From NCBI RefSeq assembly GCF_006345805.1, contig NW_021833668.1:1-56621 (forward strand): 56,621 nt of DNA. Direction: 5' to 3'. Below the pieces are notes generated by a model. The model searched no databases, was not told the DNA's origin, and saw nothing but the letters and a program-made list of their open reading frames with translations. Position 1 is the first letter of the stretch, and each line of letters begins with the position of its first letter. The position numbers and the translations under genes were made by a program. Shown piece by piece: positions 1 through 11,932 of the stretch. This DNA comes from Octopus sinensis (taxonomy: Eukaryota).

Positions 1-489
1 CATCAAACAGCACAATGCACCCCCCCACCACAGTGCATCATACTGTCACGCCACTCTCTACATCGCTCCCTCGCAGCTCTACATCAAGCCACCGCTTCAT
101 TCCTTAACGCATCATTGCGGTAATGCATCATAATCACTACATCACATCACACCACGCTGCAATGTAGTAACATAACGGAGCTGCATCACGCCCACCACAT
201 CCCCGCCACAATGCATTGCCCCGACGCAGCACTCTCCACTTCTTGTCTTCACTGTACACACTCACTCTTTCATCAACTCCGCCACCAAAGACCATCGACG
301 AAAGAAGGAGCCACCATATGGTCACTTGACATGCGAGAAATAACAACCAAATCACCCTCAGATAGCATCTTAATGTCTTAGAGAGTGATACATAGCATAA
401 AATATGGTCTTTCATGTGTTTTCCTTGGGCGTTGCGATAATAATAACGTGATGAAGGGCTCGATATGTGTATTTTCTGAACGTTTGAAG

Positions 490-568
490 CTCTGATGAAG
501 CGATAAGGTGTTACTCAGGCACTGAACTATAAGTGCAGCACATCACACGACAGAAACAGCTGTAAGAC
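490..568 (+). ncRNA. Decayed hammerhead-like motif
   Basis: CTGATGA at 492-498, GAAA at 553-556, palindromic stem III ACAGCTGT (556-563) then A. Stems I and II pair poorly. Confidence 0.3.
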
Positions 569-774
569 AATGAATGTCATAAGATAAGCGTTTATTCCTC
601 TGTCATCTCTTTTGCAGATCTGAAAAACCGAATAAAAGAAATGAAAAAGAAAATTAAAATATAATTAAAAAATAAAAATTTCTCAAGATCAAGATTGATC
701 GAGGATTAAACAAGAGCGAAAATTAATAAAAAGCACAACGGCAGTAAAAATTATACTTTCTAACTTTCTCACAA

Positions 775-924
775 GCACTAGAATAGCTTTGCGGTCCGCC
801 CGGCGGCACTTTTAAAGGGGCAGCACTTTTGGATTGCTATAGGCAATATTTGTTTTTTGTGGAGTCCAGCTGCGGCAAACGGAAGGGCTGCCGCGGGCGG
901 CACATACTTTAGCTACTCTAGTGC
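775..924. mobile_element. 150-bp MITE-like element with 14-bp terminal inverted repeats
   Basis: GCACTAGAATAGCT (775-788) versus AGCTACTCTAGTGC (911-924), one mismatch. GC-rich mini-hairpins inside both ends. No clear TSD. Confidence 0.55.
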
Positions 925-1865
925 GGTACAAGGCCAACAATTTTGAGAGGAAGGGTAGGCTGATGTCATCGATCCCAGTATGGGACTGATACTTTATTTT
1001 ATCGACCCCGAACGGATGAAAGGTAAAGTCGACCTTGTAGCCATTCGAACTCAGGAACGTAAAGCCGAAGGAATGAAAAGTAAAATCGGCCTCATGGGCA
1101 TTCGAACTAAGGAACTTAAAGCCGATTGAAATACCTATTTCTTTACTTCCAACAAAGGGCTACACTCAGAAGGGACAAACGAGGATAGATAAACGGATTA
1201 AGTCGATTATATCGACCCCAGTGCGTAACTGGTACTTATTTAATCGACCCCGAAAGGATGAAAGGCAAAGTCGACCTCGGCGGAATTTGAACTCAGAACG
1301 TAGCGGCAGACGAAATATCGCTAAGCATTTCGACCGGCGTGCTAACATTTCTGCCAGCTCGCCGCCAGTTCGCCGGTTGAAATACCGTTAAGCATTTTAC
1401 CTGAGCGCGCTAATAGTTGTACGGGTTGGCTACTTTACAATCTTTTCTGCTATAAGCACAAGGCCTGAGATTTGTAGGGGCAGCGGTGGAGTGGACGATT
1501 GCATCTACTCCAGCGCTCGACTCTTACTTATTCTGACCCTCAACGATAAAAGCTAAAGTCCACATAGACGGAATTTTAACTCAGAACGTAAAGACGCTAA
1601 GCAATTTGCCTTACATTCTAACAATTCTGCCAGCACGCCACCTTTCGGTTTCAAATTTTGGCACAAGGCCAGCAATTTTATGGAAGGGGCTAAGTTGATT
1701 AGATCACCCCCTACACACACACAGTACTTAACTGTTACTTGTGCTATCGTCTCCGCAAAGATGAAAAGCAAAGTCGACTTCGGCGGAATTTGAACTCAGA
1801 ACGTAAAGACATGAAATACCGCTAAACATTTTGCCCGGGGCGCTAACGATTCTGCCAGCTCCTCA
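925..1865 (-). mobile_element. Cluster of about four tRNA-derived SINE copies (octopus OK-like family); best copy 1131-1363
   Basis: Repeated ATCGACCCCGAAAGGATGAAAGGCAAAGTCGACCTCGGCGGAATTTGAACTCAGAACG, containing the reverse complement of a B-box (GTTCAAATTCC). Confidence 0.85.
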
Positions 1866-1920
1866 CCGCTTTTTGCCGCCTTAACTCTACTACTGCTGCT
1901 GCGGCTGTTGATAATGATAG

Positions 1921-1939
1921 TAATAAAATAAAAACAGCA

Positions 1940-1970
<31 letters not shown>

Positions 1971-1972
1971 TG

Positions 1973-2012
<40 letters not shown>

Positions 2013-2140
2013 TAATAATAATAATAATGGCCTCTCACTACTGCATCTCTCCGCAAGACACCGCAAAAAGCCAACACATTAGACTATTGCCTAATAAAAC
2101 CGCACCACTCCGTAATAACACACACAAGCACACACACACA

Positions 2141-2172
<32 letters not shown>

Positions 2173-2173
2173 A

Positions 2174-2213
<40 letters not shown>

Positions 2214-2261
2214 TTATACACCACACAATGTGTAGATACACTCACCTACATATCACGACAC

Positions 2262-2318
<57 letters not shown>

Positions 2319-2330
2319 CACACACACACA
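1921..2330. repeat. (AAT)n followed by (CA)n/(CT)n microsatellites
   Basis: Direct reading. Confidence 0.95.
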
Positions 2331-2821
2331 CTTGCCAAACACTTGCACATCACAATCGCACTACAACACACCCTCACATCAACAACACCCACCGCATCAT
2401 AAGCGGCCCCTCAAAACCTTTAAATGCAATCAAAGGCAATTTAAAACTAGCTTCCTTTCTGATAGAGAATCGGACTCTCTTCGTTGAAGAAGGCTTCAGG
2501 CGAGAAATAGTCAGCCATTTTCATAGACTAATAATTTTATAGACGTTTCTCTCTTCTGAAAGCTTGCTCGCCTGCCAGTCCGTCAGTCTGTCTGTCTGTC
2601 TTGCTTGTCTGTGTGCCTGTCTGCCTCAATAGCTTTCGTCGCTCTCTCCTCTCTCTCTTAGTCTCTTTCTGTTTCTCTTTCACTTTATCTCACGCGCTCT
2701 GTCTCTCTCTTTCTCTCATAGGCGGCCATGTTGTTATCACATCGGCGAAAAGACTCCCACCCTCGGGGGTCTTCTGCTATCTTTATTAATGATCATCTTT
2801 AATAATATAGTTACACACACA

Positions 2822-2864
<43 letters not shown>

Positions 2865-3161
2865 ACGCACTCATAAATAAACGCGTTGTACATATACACT
2901 CACACACAAACGCATAAACGTACATATGCAAACACGGCATCACTCTCTCCCTCTCTCTTCCACATACACAAAAACACACACATACACACATACATGCACA
3001 CACAAACGTACACGTATACACACACACATACATATACACACAGGTACTCACAAATAAACGCGGGCATACACACACACAAAAGCATAAATGTCCACATACA
3101 AAAACATTCTCTCTGTCTCTGTCTCTATCTCCCGCCTCTCTCTCTCCCTCTCTCACACAAA

Positions 3162-3222
<61 letters not shown>

Positions 3223-3544
3223 GCTCCCTGGTGTGAATAAGCGTTTATATATATTTGATGTCTGTGTGTCCTTACACACATCCAGTCATGTATACATGCG
3301 CGCTCAGTCATACATGCATCGTACACAGACGTTTACACACACCTGGAACACACACACACACACAAATACACACACACTGTGTCGCACAATGTTATAAGTA
3401 CACACATACAGGTAAAGGACACGAGCTCAGATGCAGAGACTCACACAAAATAGAACAGAGGCACCGCCTCCACATATGCGCACACAATAGCACCAAGCGC
3501 AGGGGCGCACGAAGACACGTACTTTGAAATACGCTTATATTTCT

Positions 3545-3606
3545 ATTGCAATGGTGATTGTGATGATGATGACGACGACGACGACAATGACGACGACGAC
3601 GACAAC

Positions 3607-3637
<31 letters not shown>

Positions 3638-3679
3638 GCCCTGATGATGATGATGATGATGATGATGAAGATGATGGCC

Positions 3680-3717
<38 letters not shown>

Positions 3718-3727
3718 AATGATGATA

Positions 3728-3763
<36 letters not shown>

Positions 3764-3776
3764 GTGATGGTCATGG

Positions 3777-3814
<38 letters not shown>

Positions 3815-3965
3815 GTGATGATGGTCATGATGATGATGATGACGACCACCACCACCACCGCGACGACGAAAACGGTGATGACGACTCGGGTGGTGTTGGT
3901 GGTGGCGCGACGATAGTGGTAATTAGGTGATGTCAATGATGAGAATGATGATGATGATGATGACG
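3545..3965. repeat. Long (GAT)n/(GAC)n microsatellite
   Basis: Direct reading; source of the poly-Met and poly-Ile ORFs. Confidence 0.95.
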
Positions 3966-4455
3966 ACGGGGGATAATGCTGATGCTGTTAGTGATGACGT
4001 GTGTGTGTGTATGTGTGAACGTGTATGTAGACGCGTGTGTGGCTGAGTGTATATGTGTGTATGTATGTGCGTTTGTGTATGTGTATGCATATGTTGGCGA
4101 GTATATGTGTTTGTCTGTGTGTGAGATTATGTATGTGTGGGTGACTGTAGGAGTTTGTGTGAGTGTGTGTGTTTGTATGTATGCATGTATATGTGTGTGT
4201 GTATGCCTGTAATACCAGGCTCCGTAAGTGATTTTAGCAGATGTATGCGATGATGATGATGATGACAGTGATAGTAATGATAATGGTGGTGGTGGTGGCG
4301 GTGGTTGTGGTGGCGGAAGCGACGAGGTTCTTTATTATTTCAATATATTGGTTTTGTTGTTGTTGTTGTTGTTGCTCTTGTTTAGCCCGAGGTTAGTATT
4401 GACCTGAAAGACCTATGATCAAATACACTCCAGCTGTGACCATCCTCTTAATTAC

Positions 4456-4619
4456 GTTCTGAGTTCAAATTCCGCTTAGATCGACTTTGCCTTTCATCCT
4501 TTCGGGGTCGATAAATTAAGTACCAGTTACCAACTGGGGTCGATGCAATCGACTCAATCCGTTTGTCTATCCTTGTTTGTTCTCTCTGTGTTTGGCCCCT
4601 TGTGTTTAGTAAAGAAATA
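4456..4619 (+). mobile_element. OK-like SINE, 5'-truncated
   Basis: GTTCTGAGTTCAAATTCCG...CCTTTCATCCTTTCGGGGTCGATAAATTAAGTACCAG matches the family at 1131. Confidence 0.85.
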
Positions 4620-4781
4620 TATGTATTTATCGTTCGAATATTTAAGACTTAAGGATGTGATTTGAAGGAGATTTAGCTGTTATCTCTTGCAGATCGAGCT
4701 ATCAATGTAGTAAATCTCCCGCATTGATGTTGTGGCATTCATCGCGGTGATGACTGTAATGGTGATGTTAATCTTTTATCT

Positions 4782-5010
4782 TTTACTGGTTTCAGTCATA
4801 AGACTGCGGCGATGCTGGGGCACCGCATTAAAGACTTACAGTCAAACAGATCGAGCCCAATACTGATTTTCTTGCTGCTTTTTGTAAAACCTGCTACTTA
4901 TTCTATCGAATTCTTTTGCCGAAACGCTAAGTTACAGGACTGTAAATACACCAGCACCGGTTCTCGAGTAGTGGTGGTGGAATACAAACAGATACACGAA
5001 AACACACACC
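4782..5010 (-). mobile_element. OR2-like SINE, 3' part
   Basis: TTTCAGTCAT..GACTGCGGC.ATGCTGGGGCACCGC...TACTTATTCTATCG block shared with the full copy at 14792. Confidence 0.75.
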
Positions 5011-5022
5011 TATATATATATA

Positions 5023-5072
<50 letters not shown>

Positions 5073-5404
5073 ATATAATATATTATATATATATATATAT
5101 ATAATATATATATATATATAAATTAGGAAAAAAAATCACCTTTTATCAATTCAAAATGAACAACACTTAAAAAAATAAAATAATAATATAATCATCTGTA
5201 TATTGTTGTTATTTTATTTTTAATATATCTATTATATGTAATTTTCTAGACGGTGTAATTTAACTTTTCATTTTGAATTGATAAAAGGTGTTTTGTTCCT
5301 ATATATATTATATTGTTTCTATATATATATTATATTTTGTGAAATTTGTTTTAGTATTTCTAAGCTGAATTTTTCCCTGTAAGTTAGGAATAATATTCCC
5401 TCAA

Positions 5405-5447
<43 letters not shown>

Positions 5448-5455
5448 TAATATAT

Positions 5456-5757
5456 AATTGCAGCGTGGAAGGTGTTTGTAAGCCATTTAAGAAACACACA
5501 AAAGCCGTTCAATTCACTTCAACATTTAAGTGTAATTTGTCAAAATATTTTCGTCGCTAAAATCCGCGACCGGTTCACTGACAAAAATCTGTGCTGCATC
5601 CGATTTTCGTAGCCCTCTAAAACTTAAATGTTGAAGTGAATTGAACGGCTTTTGTGTGTTTCTTAAATGGCTTACAAACACCTTCCACGCTGCAATTGTT
5701 TTTGTTCCAGCACACGATCTCAGATCAAATCACTTGCTATGCGAATACATCTCCGTA
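5456..5757. mobile_element. Inverted-repeat non-autonomous element with 76-bp arms and a 60-bp one-sided extension
   Basis: 5456-5531 is the exact reverse complement of 5622-5697; flanked by TAT/TA tracts. Confidence 0.85.
5536..5585 (-). ncRNA. Hammerhead-topology motif with variant core (G3:C8)
   Basis: Minus strand: TTTGTCA-GTGAACCG-GTCGC-ggatttta-GCGAC-GAA-AATATT-T-TGACAAA, i.e. 7-bp stem I, 5-bp stem II, palindromic stem III. Confidence 0.6.
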
Positions 5758-6131
5758 ATATATATATATATAAATCTATTCTGAACCACAACTTATAGTG
5801 GTTACCAGTCCCTAAGTAAATGTGGGGGTGGTTTTTCCTACTGAAGAGGGAAAAATCCACAGGTTTAATCCCGAAATTGATTCAATATAGAAATAAGGAA
5901 CTTTAAAAAAAATTCTGTTAGCTAGCTTTTCTCAATTTCAGCACGACGTGTATTTATAGTGAATGTATATTGAAATGTAGTGATTGACGATTTCAAGTCT
6001 ATACTCAGCATATTGGCATAGAAATAATTTTTCTTTTGCCCTTGTTTATAAGTTTTGTATATATATTATATATATATATATATATATCTATTTATCTATA
6101 TCTATCTATCTATCTATCTATCTATCTACTC

Positions 6132-6215
<84 letters not shown>

Positions 6216-6299
6216 AGAGTTTTACGAAAAAACATAAGACAGGTGGTGTACAAAACAAACAGTGTGCCCTTACGTAAGATAGTATACTCTGTAAGTGAA

Positions 6300-6405
6300 G
6301 GCGTATAGCTTCGTAGTCAAAGTGTTTGGCGTATAACAATGAGGTTGTAGGTCGAATTTCTGGGTCGGACAGCGCATCGTGACCTTGAGCAAGTGACTTA
6401 ATTCA
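6300..6405 (+). mobile_element. tRNA-derived SINE head with CORE-like motif
   Basis: A/B-box-like head (GGTCGAATTTC) followed by GTGACCTTGAGCAAGTGACTTAA, similar to the CORE-SINE consensus. Confidence 0.55.
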
Positions 6406-6814
6406 TAAAACCTGATTTTAACCCTTTTTCCATGGCGATTTAAGTTACAGATTACAACTGCCCCCACCTGAACGGAACATCGGTCCGTCTTATAAAACGG
6501 ATTACAACCACCCCAACAACCCTACCTGAACGGATCACTGGTCCGTCTTAGGGTTAATTTCCTACCTGCTGCAGGGTTACTCATTTACAGTTGAAAGGGT
6601 TAGAGCAACGCACCGCTCGATTCAGAAATCAAATCCTCTCCCCAACGAGATGCTGGTCTATCGTAGGTCTAACTTCTCAACTGGGATTCATTTGCGGCCG
6701 TGTGAACCGGAGCAAGGTGAAATTTTAATTCTTTTTAGTCTTTTTACTGGTTTCAGCCAGGGACTGAGGTCACCCTGGTGTACCACCTTTTAGTGTGATT
6801 GGTCTTCTCTCCTG

Positions 6815-7015
6815 TATTGTTCCTGGCGAAGTTGCGTGTTGGATGGAGTTGCTCTTGTTTGCATCTTCTACCACGATGTGCGCTCATGCGGTATTTAAGA
6901 TAGAAATTTGTCCAAACGTTCTTCAAAAACCTCTACACCTCGCAGGACTCTGATGTTGTTTGGTAGAATGTTGAAGAATTGTGGTCTGTTGGAATGGAGA
7001 GTTGTCTTTAAAAAC
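6815..7015 (-). mobile_element. CR1-type LINE ORF2 3'-end fragment
   Basis: Minus translation RPQFFNILPNNIRVLRGVEVFEERLDKFLS*IPHE parallels GPQLFNILPKNLRDLHG..FKMKLDLFLSGIPDEP of the 29.9 kb copy. Confidence 0.75.
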
Positions 7016-7711
7016 AAAGGCAGTGTTTTGTTCGGGAATCGAAACAGCGACAGTACGATTGCGAGTGCAACATTCTACCGACTAGAATACGTGCCTTACC
7101 TGTAGTTTACTCATCCGGTGCTGGTTGTACTGGTGGTAGTAGTGATGGTTAAGGCTGTAGTAGAGATAGTTCTACTCGCCTTGGTGGTAGCGTTGTGCTA
7201 AAATATTGGTAATGGTAGTGGCGAGGGTAGTGTTATTTTTATTGTTGTAGGTGGTGGTGGTGGTGGTGGTGATGATGTGGTGGAAGGAGTTTTGGCGGTG
7301 CTGTGGCGTAGGCGACTGGGTTAATGATAGCGTTGTCCTTGATGGAGTCGAGAGGGGGGTGTGGTGGAGGCGATGTCGGCAAATATTACGATAATGATTT
7401 TGGTGGCCATGGTGATGACAAAAGTGGTTGTGGTGGCGGTGGTGCGTCGTCGTCGTCGGCGGCGGCGGTGGGGTTTGTCTGTCGTCTGTGGATGGACCAA
7501 GGAATCTATGGCTGTATTGACTGCGATTATGAATTCGAGAGAATAATTATTTTCGACACTCACACGCCACATAGCTATATACTGATATATACATATATAT
7601 ATATAATATATCATATAATATTATATATATATATAATATATATATACATACAAACACCATGCATTTATAAACACATACATATATATCTATCTAGCTATAT
7701 ATATATATATA

Positions 7712-7743
<32 letters not shown>

Positions 7744-8389
7744 TGTGTGTGCGGGCGTGTGTCTGTCTGTATATGAATATACGTATTATATCTTTGCGTA
7801 GACACACACATTCTAACACACACTCACTCAAGCACTCACATACATATGTATGTATATATATATGTATGTATATATGTATATACAATCTGAGCATTTATAT
7901 ATATATTCCTGCCTCTTATATTCGTACAAACGATTTTCGTAGCCCTCTAAAATTAATATATATTTGTACGCGTATGTGTATATGTGTACATATATATATG
8001 CATACATGTATGTATGCCTCTATGTATGTATGTATTTATGTATGTATGTACGTAAATGCTGAGTCAGTAATTACAAAATTAATATACGTCTATTTGAATA
8101 TACACTTGCGAACATTTGTATATATTTATACTTAAGAATAACCATGAAGAAGCGTTTAAGTAATAAGATTCTTGTGAGGGAAAAGTGTCCGTTTGCGTAT
8201 GTAAACGCTGTGAAATTTATGCTTTCGATGCTATGTGTATGAATTTAGGCAATGTGGTATATAAGTGTGTCTGTGAGTATGTATGTGTGTATTTAGGTGT
8301 ATGTATTATGTAAGGTTGTATATGTGTCAGTGTAGATATTGTTAAACAAAATTTAACAAGAATTCGTAGATACATACATAAATACTCCT

Positions 8390-8640
8390 GGAGATCAGGG
8401 AAAAAGAGAATACCTACGTTGAACTATTGAGAAATCTGCAGGTACTCTATCCAGATTACAAATTCAGGTGTATACCTGTAATTATTGGGACCCGGGATAT
8501 GTAACACTCTGCCTAAATACCAACCTTGAAAAATTAGGCTTCTCAAAACCAGAAAGGAGAATCCTAATTCGAAGACTATAGATCCAATCCATCACTGGAA
8601 CTGTAAAAATCTGTAAAACTTCCCAGACGTTTATCATTTA
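8390..8640 (+). mobile_element. 3' end of an RLE-type (R4/Dong-like) LINE
   Basis: IREKENTYVELLRNLQVLYPDYKFRCIPVIIGT/GYV...IQSITGTVKICKT with one frameshift and one stop; typical restriction-like endonuclease C-terminus. Confidence 0.7.
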
Positions 8641-9004
8641 AGTATATAGGAGCATGGTCTATATGCATGAGAATACATACATAAAGCAAATCATACAAAT
8701 CTGCACATATATATATACATACACACATTACACACATACATACATACATACATACATCATACATACATACAACATACATACATAACACAAATACACACAT
8801 ACATACATACAACCGCATACTATACATACATACATACATTTACATACAATACATACATACATACATACTACATACAAACAACAAAATACTCTGTTGTTGA
8901 TGTTGAAGTTCCAATGAAGGATCCTTGAATCTAGGTTGAAAACCGGTTCTTTCTCTATTGGCAAGAAATCTTAAAATAAAAGTGAACAATCGCAGACATA
9001 TGAG

Positions 9005-9044
<40 letters not shown>

Positions 9045-9172
9045 GTGTGCGCGCGTGTGTGTGTGTGTGTGTGTGTACATATATATATGCGATTGTTCAG
9101 TTTTATTTCAAGATTTCTTGCCCTGCCTTATCCAGCCAGATATTCCATCTGTTTTTGTCTTACCATTTTTAT

Positions 9173-9213
<41 letters not shown>

Positions 9214-9260
9214 TTTTTCTCTCCTTTTTCCTCTCCTTATTCTCTCCTTGTGTTTTTTCT

Positions 9261-9304
9261 GGTCCCTTTCTGTAGAAGAGCGTAGGCTCGAAACGTAAAA
9301 GACC
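9261..9304 (+). ncRNA. Minimal hammerhead motif (one core substitution)
   Basis: GGTC(cc)TTT-CTGTAGAA-GAGC-gtag-GCTC-GAA-ACGT-A-AAAGACC. Confidence 0.6.
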
Positions 9305-9414
9305 TTTTCTATTCCTGAGCGTTATACTAATACATCTGTTTGTTTTGTACACCAACCTGTCTTCGTCTTTGTTTTTTTCGTAAACTCTCTCTCTTACTCT
9401 CTCTCGCTCTCTCT

Positions 9415-9449
<35 letters not shown>

Positions 9450-9880
9450 TTATATATATATATATATATTATTATATATATATATATAAATTAATGTTAC
9501 TGAAATATCTATATAGAATAAAAAATATATAATCGTGTATACCTGTCTGTCTGTCTGAATGAATGTATGCATGTATGTGTGTGTATGCTTGTATGTATGT
9601 TTTCAAAGATACATACGTACACACACATACACACACATATACACACACATACATACAAGTGCATATTCAGGTGAAGCATGTATCGGAGATGTTTTGCTCA
9701 ATGCAAACATTGCAGGAGCAACTCCTACGAACCCAACAGAATGTGAGAAACCCTTCCGCATCGTGTTTCAGAGTCGCAAGCGTTTCGCCTTTTAGACATA
9801 TACGAGTTGTGTTCTTATACCTGTGTAGTTAAGTAACAAATAGTAAAACGAAATGGCGGTTACTTTTACGTCTCTTGTAG

Positions 9881-9969
9881 ACGGATGACACATTTCCCCA
9901 CACGAATTATTTCTCTAGAATTCTGCCCACACCTTACTCATTGTGCGAAAGAACGAATATGAAAAAAAG
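9881..9969 (+). CDS. Candidate internal exon of host gene
   Basis: Acceptor TTTTACGTCTCTTGTAG, donor AAG|GTTACA; only one open frame, TDDTFPHTNYFSRILPTPYSLCERTNMKK. Confidence 0.3.
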
Positions 9970-10673
9970 GTTACAGGAAATAACAAAAAAATTAGGTTCC
10001 GAGGAAATCATTGATGACAAAAGAAAAAAAAAGTTAGGTTAATAGATGGAGGGAGATCAGTAATTTTTTGCAGGCCCTAGCTCCCTTAAATGTTAGAAAT
10101 CCACAATATGTGTTAAATAAAAGAAATCTTAAACGTATCACTGCATGTTGAATCGGACCAAGTAACAAGTAATATTCACCATTGTAAAAAGGAAAAATTA
10201 CATATTACAATATTTCTAGCACTGGCTAAACCTTTCAGCCATTCCGATCAGATATTGTTGGAACTAGTTGTGATGGGGGAAAGTGATGTATAATCCGAGA
10301 TCAATCCTGATCGACCACATCAAAGGTGTTCCGGTTTTCACCATCCCTTTGTGTACGTCAGGGATTACATTATACAACGGCTTTTATTTTTATTTTTTGT
10401 TTAAGATAGTGAGTTGGTTGCTATTTCAAGCAGGTCGATCGACCGCTTTGGGGCTTCAGCTGGTTACAGCGATGATGCTAATGATAAGAAGCCTATTGTC
10501 ACCCCTTTACTTTCTCTTTCTCTCCGGCAACCGGTGGTGGTAAGCACTTTACCCCCTCTCTTCCTTTTTTTCTCTCTCTCCTCGCGATTTGTGCGCATTG
10601 TTTGTTTTTGATTTTGTCGACAACACAGTATAGTAGGGTCAGTTGGGCACCGTTTGTGAGATAAAACAGCACC

Positions 10674-11050
10674 ATGACGCAATTCACTCTGTCAGACATT
10701 TGGAAACAGAATGTTGTACATCTTGGCATTCGCGCAGGAATCTCCAATACGAACATTTCAGAGTGTTTGGGTGTGAATCTGAGGCCAGTGCAATCTGAGA
10801 AAATGTACCGAGAGTGATAAAAATCAACGATTCAGTCAACATCATGGCGTTTGGAGCGATCACTAGTATATTTATATATGAGCATGTCTAGATATGCAAC
10901 ATTGTGCCACCGTTCATCTTCCCACCCGGCTTCATACTCAACACGGAGGCCTACATGAAGTGTCTGGAGGAGGTAGTGCTGCCCTGGGTCAACAGAGTGG
11001 ATGCTGGAAGACCATAAGTCTGGCAACAGGCCTTTGCACCATGCCACAAG
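10674..11050 (+). mobile_element. Internally deleted maT/DD37D-like transposase remnant
   Basis: MTQFTLSDIWKQ... then VNIMAFGAITS and PPFIFPPGFILNTEAYMKCLEEVVLPWVNRVDAGRP*VWQQAFAPCH. Confidence 0.8.
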
Positions 11051-11056
11051 TGTGTA

Positions 11057-11088
<32 letters not shown>

Positions 11089-11229
11089 TATGTGCGCGCA
11101 AGTAAAAATTTAAGGGGTGCGTACTGTACTTAAATAATATCTTCAGGATTGAATAAAAAGAAGAGAACAAACGGAAAATTTGACATATATATATACATAT
11201 ATATAATTAAAATAAAAGCTTGTAGTAAA

Positions 11230-11465
11230 TAAGCGAACAAACATATACTAAATACACAGGCAGACAGAAAACACAGAAGCACATAAAGTTCTCATCAGTT
11301 ATCGGCCAGAGGGTCAAACGCTCTGAAACTTGAAGTACCAAGGAAACTGAATCAATCTGTTCGCGAGGATGATCCGGTTCTTGACTGAAGATTAAAGGCT
11401 TCGAATGACCCGTCCGTGATTTTGTATCGTCTATTTGGATATTTTGCGTTCTTGTCACATTTTGT
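11230..11465. mobile_element. Unclassified dispersed repeat; second copy at about 21330-21510
   Basis: Shared GCGAGGATGATCCGGTTCTTGACTGAAG.TT.AAGGCTTCGAATGACCCGTCCGT block. Confidence 0.65.
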
Positions 11466-11829
11466 ATTATATATATATATATATATATATATACCCATAT
11501 ATATATATATATATACATACATATATTTATATATATATACACATATATATATTTATACATATATATATGCGTGTGTGTGTGTTTGTGTATTTGTGTGTGA
11601 CTGTGTGAAGGATTGTGCCCCAGCACCGCCTGAAAACCGGTGTTGGTGTGTTTATGTCTCCGTAACATAGCAGATTGAATTATATAGAAAGTAAAAGATA
11701 AAAGACAGAGCTACACCCGAGCACTCGTGTTACACTTTCTGCAATATTCTTTCATACAATTAGCGTTTTTATATGATCTGAACGGGCAGATTCGAGCGCA
11801 CATCGGACGAAAGGCCAGGCGGAATACAC

Positions 11830-11870
11830 AGTAGTAGTAGTCGTAGTAGTAGAATAATAATATTAATAGA

Positions 11871-11932
<62 letters not shown>

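Noticed and set aside
2420-2542. Protein-like end of the 1970 ORF
   Set aside because: No splice acceptor, and the rest of the ORF is simple repeat.
11355-11420. CTGAAGA..GAAT as a hammerhead (also at about 21420)
   Set aside because: No consistent stems I-III and no GAAA in the right position.
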